A stretch of 64,000 nt of DNA from a virus (Duplodnaviria > Caudoviricetes), in the IMG/VR virus record IMGVR_UViG_3300037991_002562, positions 32,001 to 96,000 of that record; one strand, 5' to 3'. The position numbers were made by a program, and so were the translations under genes. Below, in pieces: positions 57,947 to 64,000 of this stretch (positions are counted from its first letter, which is position 1; each line of letters begins with the position of its first letter). The notes beneath the pieces are model-generated. The model made no database searches. It was given only the letters and a program-made list of their open reading frames with translations, and had not been told where the DNA came from.

Positions 57947-58437
57947 TAACTACTCCCTAGCTTGCTAATTAGCTTATCGTACGAAGACTCCTCAATAACG
58001 TAGTTGTTATACTGGTTATTAGTCTGGTTCTTAATTTGAACTTCTTCTTTCTTACGCTCAAGTTCTAGAAGCTCTTTCTTAACCTTAGCCTCGAATTCAA
58101 GTTCTTTCATCTTCATAGCATGCTGTGCTTGCAGCAGGTCTAGAATATCTTTACTAGAGCCCATATCGGTATCGTCCATTTCCTCTAGTTTCTTAGCAAT
58201 AAGTTCATCCATGACTCTAGCCATCTTAAAGCGATTTCGGAATCCTGCTTCGTGATAGATTCTATCTACATATTCCTTGATCTCACGCTTGTTTAGTTCT
58301 GATTGTAAGTCCGCTACTGGAAGCCCTAGCTCTAGACTAGTCTTCTCTATATCGCCGCCCGACATTATATATGCCTCGGCTACTTTTAACCCTTCTGGAC
58401 TTAGCTTTTCTGGGTCTATTAATTCTGTACTGCTCAT
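57946..58437 (-). CDS. terS: Terminase small subunit (T5-type)
   Basis: SPEGL.V.EAY...G, G.RNR, SSKDI..LL; coupled to terL. Confidence 0.8.
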   Translation of the reverse strand: MSSTELIDPEKLSPEGLKVAEAYIMSGGDIEKTSLELGLPVADLQSELNKREIKEYVDRIYHEAGFRNRFKMARVMDELIAKKLEEMDDTDMGSSKDILDLLQAQHAMKMKELEFEAKVKKELLELERKKEEVQIKNQTNNQYNNYVIEESSYDKLISKLGSS

Positions 58438-58438
58438 G

Positions 58439-60412
58439 TTAATTTAATCCTATGAATGAAAAGGAGAAACCTGGAATAGTAACACTATTTTCTAGTCCTC
58501 CACTACCGTTAAAGGAGAAGTATGAATAATCGTACTCTATACCTATAAGGGTGTCTGTAATTTTTACTAAATAAAAGGTACAACGTATAGTATACCATGT
58601 ATTCCAATAGGGGTCTCCACTAGGAAGCTCCTCCTTGTCAAATCTATATGTCTCGGAAGTGGAGTAGAAAGGCACTCTAGAAGAGAATGATGAAAATCCT
58701 ATAATGCCTTTGTCTTGTGCATATAGCTCTTCCCATGACTGCTGGTCACTAGAGTAATCCCATTCCACGGGGGTAACTGAGTAACCCCAACAACTAGAAC
58801 TCCTAACACTATCAAGTATTATTGTTAGGTCTGTCAATATACCTGTACCAGAAATAAACCCTTCTCCTTGGGAGTTAGTCCCATGAGACGGTATATTAAA
58901 TGTATAAACAGGAGTAGTGTGGTCTGTACTCTTACCCATGTACCTCATACGAGTCCTTCCACGACCTGCATTAAACCAAGTGTTACCCCCTCGTTTAATT
59001 ATCCCCTTAGTCATTTCAATGTCCCATCCAGAACCACCAGACCCACCAAGAATTTGCACAGCATCGCTAGGGTTCTGGCCGGAATACACCCCTAAGGGGT
59101 CTATCAGGCCGACCACTGGTATTATAGGATCAGATAGATTCATACTATTAACATACGAACCGTCATTGACAATACCTGCATAGGCTAGGAACATACCTGA
59201 GAAATCTGCCCCATCTACTGTAAAATTATTAGAGTCTAATAGTATACCCGATGCTCCGGTTTTAGCGGTTTCATAGTTTAAGTCTCTACCACTACTCACT
59301 ATATTGAATTCATATATCTCAACAGAGTTTATATCCTGAGGTGTCCTAATGTAAGTGTCCCCTGAGGCGTAGTAAGCCCCTCCTGAACCATAAGCGAAAG
59401 ACCCGAGAGTATATTCAGCCTGAGCCAAGTTCTCGTTACTAAAATTAATTTTTCTAGTTATTACAGGTGCTCCGCCTCTTCGGTTGCCTAACTTATCTAC
59501 AGTAACTACCATAGTTAGACGAGTAGAACTAGGAGTGTAAGATACTGAGTTTCCTGTAGTGCCGTCTAATGCATCTGAGAAATAAAACTTTCTAAAGGCA
59601 TCGTCGGTATACTCAGTTATTCTAATATACTTTAAGCATTTAATATAGTCAAACATACTATGCATGTAAGTATCGTCACCGTAGTCTACATTAATACCTA
59701 CCCAATCCTGAAACCAATCTGTAGCAGTCTTGCCCGACTCCACGGCGGGCGGAGCCGCCGGGACTACGTTAGGATTACATATATGAAGTATCTCATCTCC
59801 GGCCCGGTTTACACCAAGAAAGAAGTCGCACGGAGCCTCTGGCTCAGGTCTAGGGGGTGGAGGTGAAAGTAGGGACGCAGATACTGTGTTTGAGAAAGGC
59901 CCGTAAACTACGTCACTGCCTGTGCCCTTCACCATGCGGATTTTAAAGCTACCGCCAGTTTCATGTATATAGCTACTACCCGTGCCAGTAAATACCGTAG
60001 TACCGTTTCTTACGACTTCTACCCTTTCCCCAATATCTGTGTTGGGAGTCCAGTCTAATAATACTCCGTCATATCTACTAGTAGCAGTTAGTACCCTAGT
60101 TTCAGGCTTCACGTGAAATATGATGTTTATGGTGTTACTAGGATATAAATTATCTGTTCTTATCTGGGCTTTTGTAGCGTTAGCTGGTGGTATTACCTTT
60201 AACGAATTGGAACTAGTAGAGGTATTAGCCGACTGCCAGTTTCCACCTACTAGCCAATATAAATGGTACATCCCTGGACTACTAGGCTCAGTCCATTGCA
60301 AGTTAGCATATTTATAGATAGGACTGGTAGAGTTTGATAAGTTTGTTACTTTTTTAGCAGGGTTGTCCGCCACGAAGTAGACGGATACCGTTCCAGTTGT
60401 ATATATAGCCAT
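58439..60412 (-). CDS. Putative receptor-binding protein (pb5 position)
   Basis: 657 aa, beta-rich, FN3-like N-part and Pro-rich linker; position upstream of terS. Confidence 0.55.
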   Translation of the reverse strand: MAIYTTGTVSVYFVADNPAKKVTNLSNSTSPIYKYANLQWTEPSSPGMYHLYWLVGGNWQSANTSTSSNSLKVIPPANATKAQIRTDNLYPSNTINIIFHVKPETRVLTATSRYDGVLLDWTPNTDIGERVEVVRNGTTVFTGTGSSYIHETGGSFKIRMVKGTGSDVVYGPFSNTVSASLLSPPPPRPEPEAPCDFFLGVNRAGDEILHICNPNVVPAAPPAVESGKTATDWFQDWVGINVDYGDDTYMHSMFDYIKCLKYIRITEYTDDAFRKFYFSDALDGTTGNSVSYTPSSTRLTMVVTVDKLGNRRGGAPVITRKINFSNENLAQAEYTLGSFAYGSGGAYYASGDTYIRTPQDINSVEIYEFNIVSSGRDLNYETAKTGASGILLDSNNFTVDGADFSGMFLAYAGIVNDGSYVNSMNLSDPIIPVVGLIDPLGVYSGQNPSDAVQILGGSGGSGWDIEMTKGIIKRGGNTWFNAGRGRTRMRYMGKSTDHTTPVYTFNIPSHGTNSQGEGFISGTGILTDLTIILDSVRSSSCWGYSVTPVEWDYSSDQQSWEELYAQDKGIIGFSSFSSRVPFYSTSETYRFDKEELPSGDPYWNTWYTIRCTFYLVKITDTLIGIEYDYSYFSFNGSGGLENSVTIPGFSFSFIGLN

Positions 60413-60747
60413 TATAGTGGTTCCGTACCAGGGCCCCCAGGAGGAGTTCCGGCCTCTTCGTTGATTTCCATCTCAAAGTAATATTTATAAGTATTTTGAT
60501 TAGACACATTAGAATCTGTGTATGTTATGTCACGTTGTATAAAAAATCCCTCGCCCCCGTCCGTTGGTAAGCTGTAATTTCCAGAAACTTTAGAGAAAGA
60601 CCCATTGTTAGTAGACCTCATTACATATCCGTATCCATTTTCCTTAAGCTTTGTCGCAGTACCCCCAGAATTTACCCTAACACGTATAGATACTTCTATG
60701 GTAGACCCTACTATCTCTGCATTTATTGTACTGTTGTTATTTGCCAT
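60412..60747 (-). CDS. Hypothetical Ig/FN3-like small protein
   Basis: AGGAGG RBS; YTD..V...NTYKY motif; coupled to the downstream gene. Confidence 0.65.
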   Translation of the reverse strand: MANNNSTINAEIVGSTIEVSIRVRVNSGGTATKLKENGYGYVMRSTNNGSFSKVSGNYSLPTDGGEGFFIQRDITYTDSNVSNQNTYKYYFEMEINEEAGTPPGGPGTEPL

Positions 60748-60768
60748 GGTTTCCTCCTAATATTTAGT

Positions 60769-60797
60769 ATTATACGGTAAGCTATGCAAATTTTCAA
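60769..60797 (-). promoter_or_regulatory. Promoter TTGAAA-N17-TATAAT at the head of the late arm
   Basis: Near-consensus hexamers. Confidence 0.7.
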
Positions 60798-60839
60798 TTG
60801 TATTATTTTTACCCACGGTTAGGTAATGTGCTGTTTAAG

Positions 60840-60966
60840 TTTGAGATCAGCGCTGTATAGTACTTCTATAGTTTAGTCATTTTTCTAAGTGTTACACGCG
60901 TTTGAGATCAGCGCTGTATAGCACTTCTATAATTTAGTAATTTTTCTAAGTGTTACACGCGTGTAA
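60840..60966. repeat. Two 61-bp tandem direct repeats ending in a 14-bp palindrome
   Basis: 60840-60900 and 60901-60961 differ at 3 positions; TTACACGCGTGTAA at 60953-60966. Confidence 0.95.
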
Positions 60967-60983
60967 GAGTACCCCCGTATCTA

Positions 60984-61002
60984 AATGAGAACAAGTCTCA
61001 TT
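60984..61002. promoter_or_regulatory. Fur-box-like 19-bp inverted repeat
   Basis: AATGAGA-ACAAG-TCTCATT. Confidence 0.45.
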
Positions 61003-61053
61003 ACCGCCCTATGGGTATGGGATCGCATACCTTAGTACACGATCCCGATCTTA

Positions 61054-61437
61054 CTACTCTGTGTCGTCATCAGATCCCATTTCTAGATCGTCAATGATTG
61101 CCGCTTGCTGCTCAACGAATGCCGCTAACGCTTCTAACTCGCCCTTGTTCGCTTTCTCCAAGCTGTCAACCGTTAGACCTGTTGTTTCAGCGATTTGCTT
61201 AACAACTTCGATTTTACGCGTTGCGCTTGGGTTGCCAACCTTAGCTTTGGCATCTGGTGAAACATATTCTTTCATGCTAACCAACTTCTGACGGACGCTG
61301 TTTTCTGTTACGTCAAACTGTTGACCGATAGCTTTAAGCTGCGCCTGTTCAAGCGCTTTGCCGCTATTAGCTTCAATAGCTGCCGCGTATGTTGCGCTCA
61401 ATTTCGCTGTTGTTTCTTCTGTCCAAATTTTAGCCAT
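61054..61437 (-). CDS. A2: T5 A2-like pre-early DNA-binding protein
   Basis: W.EE.T......Y, SVR.KL.S...Y, RK, SLE.A motifs; AAGGAG RBS. Confidence 0.8.
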   Translation of the reverse strand: MAKIWTEETTAKLSATYAAAIEANSGKALEQAQLKAIGQQFDVTENSVRQKLVSMKEYVSPDAKAKVGNPSATRKIEVVKQIAETTGLTVDSLEKANKGELEALAAFVEQQAAIIDDLEMGSDDDTE

Positions 61438-61532
61438 GATTTGATCTCCTTAGATCGTAAATTAAATGTTGGTTTGTGTTTGCGGTCGTATTTTGCCCCG
61501 ACCGCTTGAGCATTAAAACAAATTTCGCTTAA

Positions 61533-63194
61533 CTATGCAATAACTTTTTGGGGGTTCAAGGTGATTAATTGAACTTGCCCGTTGCTGTATTCCATCATGT
61601 GACCGTGATCCCACGATGACGCGCCCCCACGGTTATAGCCTTGGTTCAGTCGAGCGGTAACGCCTGTCGTAAACACTGAGCCTATTATGCATGGGCTATG
61701 GGTGTGTCCTGTTATTAGGTTTAAATTCCAGTCCTTGAACTGATTTGGGTTTCCTGCGCTCCCGTTAGCTCCTTTATGTCCGTGTTGCGAGTAATCGAAT
61801 TTTAACGGTTTAAATGGCTTGTCCATTCGACCAAAGTGCACATTAGTCGGCAACTCTGGCAACGTGGTTAAATCAGCATTTTCTAGGGCGATTTGCAACG
61901 CATTTTTCTCATGTTCGCCTTGGTCTAAGGTATCGCACACTAGCCAGTTAAGCAGATAGTATAATTTGCTGTTGTGGCTGTCCTGCTTGGGGTTGACGCT
62001 GCTATCATCCAGCCAGTTGTCTAGGGCTGAGTTATGGTTGCTTTCAGTAATTGAAACGGTATCAACTAGGGTTGATAGTTCGGTCAACTGATAGATCACC
62101 TGTTTAAGATCGTTCTCAACGCTTTCATGTCGATTTGCGTACAAGTGTTTCCCACTGTTACGGTTATGGTGAGATCTTGTGCTAAAGTGTAAAATATCAT
62201 CAACTGCGATCACACTTGGTTTAATCCGATCCAAAAATTCAACTGTTTTTTCCCAATACGCTTGGTCATAAACTTCACAGTGTAGATCACCTAGCTTTCC
62301 GGCTTCTGGTAACTTGCCATAAAAATATTCGAGTTCAGGTAACACCACATTCAACGATCCGTCATCGCCTTGAAAGACGTTGGTAACATTATAGCCACCG
62401 TCGCACTTGTAAACGATCATGGCTGCCTGCTTGTGATCTTTTTCCGCTTCTGCCCCTGCGCGGCTTCTGGTGTAGTTGTACGCGGTACAGCTACCAGTAG
62501 TGACCGCCTTTGTGACAGATTGATCATTGAGTCGCGGCAATGTTTTATACTGTTGCTTGGGGCTTGCTACTACCGTGATCAATTCACCGCTGTTCAGCTT
62601 TGCCGCTGCGTTAACTGGTACTTTGTTAGTCGGTAGCACTGCCGCTGTGCTGGCAACTAGGCAAGCGTTTTTCTCGAATAGCCAACAATCATCAAGCTGT
62701 AAATATTGTAGGATCTTAGGATTGAAAACTTCTTCCTCTTTCTCTACCGCTGGACTAAAGGCGTTTTTGTTATAGTAAACGGGCATTACCATTAAACGCG
62801 CATCTAGGCTGGCAGATTTCATGTCATCGACTAAGGCAAGAAGTTGATCCTCAAAGCCTGTGGTAATAGTGTTATTTTGTGCGCTTGTAATTACGAAAAC
62901 ATCACCGTCTAGAACTGGTAATAAATCGCGCTGTGATTGCGTGTAACCAACTTGTGTATCTGCCGCTGGTTTAGTCGCTGCGCTTGGCTTTTTCGCTTTC
63001 TCTGCCTCTCTCTGGCGTTCTAGCTCCTCAATAACTAGCGGCATTAAGATAGATGCGTCACCATTAAGATCAAGGTTATGGATCGCATCCTCAACAACTT
63101 CCAAGCGTGAATCACGTTTACGCTTGCCTAAAAGGTTATTTTCTGCGCACTCTGCGCAGAGTAGATCAAATTTCTTATCGTTTAAAGGTTTCAT
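61533..63194 (-). CDS. A1: T5 A1-like pre-early protein (metallophosphoesterase-type nuclease)
   Basis: ITSAQNNT, TTGSCT..NY....AG..A, GDLH, ESNH, QHGHKG.NGS.G, GHTHSP, GYN.GGASSW; 553 aa. Confidence 0.88.
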   Translation of the reverse strand: MKPLNDKKFDLLCAECAENNLLGKRKRDSRLEVVEDAIHNLDLNGDASILMPLVIEELERQREAEKAKKPSAATKPAADTQVGYTQSQRDLLPVLDGDVFVITSAQNNTITTGFEDQLLALVDDMKSASLDARLMVMPVYYNKNAFSPAVEKEEEVFNPKILQYLQLDDCWLFEKNACLVASTAAVLPTNKVPVNAAAKLNSGELITVVASPKQQYKTLPRLNDQSVTKAVTTGSCTAYNYTRSRAGAEAEKDHKQAAMIVYKCDGGYNVTNVFQGDDGSLNVVLPELEYFYGKLPEAGKLGDLHCEVYDQAYWEKTVEFLDRIKPSVIAVDDILHFSTRSHHNRNSGKHLYANRHESVENDLKQVIYQLTELSTLVDTVSITESNHNSALDNWLDDSSVNPKQDSHNSKLYYLLNWLVCDTLDQGEHEKNALQIALENADLTTLPELPTNVHFGRMDKPFKPLKFDYSQHGHKGANGSAGNPNQFKDWNLNLITGHTHSPCIIGSVFTTGVTARLNQGYNRGGASSWDHGHMMEYSNGQVQLITLNPQKVIA

Positions 63195-63259
63195 ATATAA
63201 CGGTTTCCCTATTAAGGTTTTTTAAGGGGCTATGAAGCCCCCGTTACGGGTTGATCAAA

Positions 63260-63775
63260 TTAATGACCGTGAAAAGGAACGTGAATTGCTTTCATGTTCA
63301 AGCGCTGTGCCATTTGGCAGTTTGCTAGATTATCATCGACCAAAAATGATCGCGATAGCTCAAGCGATGAAAACGCGCGGGTTAAGTGGTACTCTTTTAA
63401 CTCAAAATCACGACGGCGATCATTCTCGCCCTCTCTGGAAAAGATCGCGGTAGGTTTGATTCCGTTCTTGCGTAGCCACTTGTTAGAATTATTGCACATA
63501 ACGCGAGCAGTGCAAACAAAAAATGATCTTCCTGCATCAGTTAGGAACTGCGGCACTTCTGCCAGTGGCATAACTTGATCTTTTGCAATGTTTGCCGCTG
63601 TCGATAATTTGCGGTACATTTCAAGGTTAAGCGATCCATCTGGGTGTATCGCTTGGCGGTGTGTAGCATCGATCACCACACCATCAAGATCAAAAATAGG
63701 TATAATGCTCTGATCCAATAGGATCGCATCAGTCATTTGAAGCGCTGCGGCTCTGGTATTTTGAATTGTTAACAT
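63260..63775 (-). CDS. HAD-superfamily phosphatase (pre-early; possible nucleotidase)
   Basis: FDLDGV, CTAR, K, VDD motifs I-IV. Confidence 0.8.
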   Translation of the reverse strand: MLTIQNTRAAALQMTDAILLDQSIIPIFDLDGVVIDATHRQAIHPDGSLNLEMYRKLSTAANIAKDQVMPLAEVPQFLTDAGRSFFVCTARVMCNNSNKWLRKNGIKPTAIFSREGENDRRRDFELKEYHLTRAFSSLELSRSFLVDDNLANCQMAQRLNMKAIHVPFHGH

Positions 63776-63842
63776 CTGGTTAACTCCCGTTTAAGGTATA
63801 TAAAAATATACGTTGGGGCGTTGTGCCTCTCAACTGTTACCC

Positions 63843-63870
63843 ATTATATATAGCAATAAACTTTTGTCTA
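63843..63870 (-). promoter_or_regulatory. Pre-early promoter TAGACA-N16-TATAAT
   Basis: Near-consensus hexamers upstream of the HAD-A1-A2 operon. Confidence 0.7.
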
Positions 63871-63947
63871 CATTAGTTTTTATACGTATGTATGAAATTA
63901 TATACTTTTCATTTGCTCTATTATGTGCTACCCTACCAGCAAATGCA

Positions 63948-63966
63948 AATGAGAATGATTCTCAAT
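63948..63966. promoter_or_regulatory. Fur-box-like site
   Basis: AATGAGAATGATTCTCAAT preceded by an extra AAATGC hexamer. Confidence 0.55.
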
Positions 63967-64000
63967 TGACCGGCTCCGCCAGGTCGGAACGACCAAACGC

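Noticed and set aside
60840-60966. Mini CRISPR array
   Set aside because: The repeats are directly adjacent with no spacers, and there are no cas genes
2071-63578. Numerous 60-190 aa antisense or alternate-frame ORFs in the track (e.g. 4827-5234, 45762-46733, 47622-48098, 56980-57384)
   Set aside because: They lie within well-supported genes, lack RBSs and are typical shadow ORFs
1-64000. tRNA genes, retron/RT, diversity-generating retroelement, integrase or defence systems
   Set aside because: No cloverleaf, reverse transcriptase, recombinase or template/variable repeat pair was recognised by eye; a tRNAscan or HMM search would be needed to exclude them formally

Overview
This is a 64-kb segment of a lytic T5-like siphophage (Demerecviridae-type gene order); the host is probably a gammaproteobacterium (inference). 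From left to right it holds: a leftward nucleotide-metabolism block (phoH, nrdA, glutaredoxin-nrdB fusion, a frameshifted SLOG gene, folA, thyA); a rightward early/replication arm (origin-binding helicase, D2, D3, split NAD-ligase, D5, DnaB, primase, PolA, D10-D15, dut); a leftward virion arm (receptor-binding candidate, terminase, HNH nickase, portal, protease-capsid, tail, fibres); and from about 60.9 kb the start of the terminal-repeat/pre-early region (A2, A1, HAD phosphatase). Several things are missed by the ORF track. There are two group I introns: a T4-td-like intron with a GIY-YIG endonuclease in thyA, and an ORF-less 290-nt intron that splits the Walker A motif of the D10 helicase. 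The prohead protease is fused in frame to the major capsid protein, with an internal start. The tail-assembly chaperones carry a probable +1 frameshift, and a T4 gp57A-like chaperone sits beside a T4-like fibre and adhesin. A GC-rich, G.U-paired structured non-coding segment lies upstream of the origin-binding gene. The pre-early region is GATC-dense, bracketed by two Fur-box-like palindromes and preceded by a 61-bp tandem repeat. No tRNA, rRNA or CRISPR array was seen. All family assignments come from motif recognition and T5 synteny, not from database searches.
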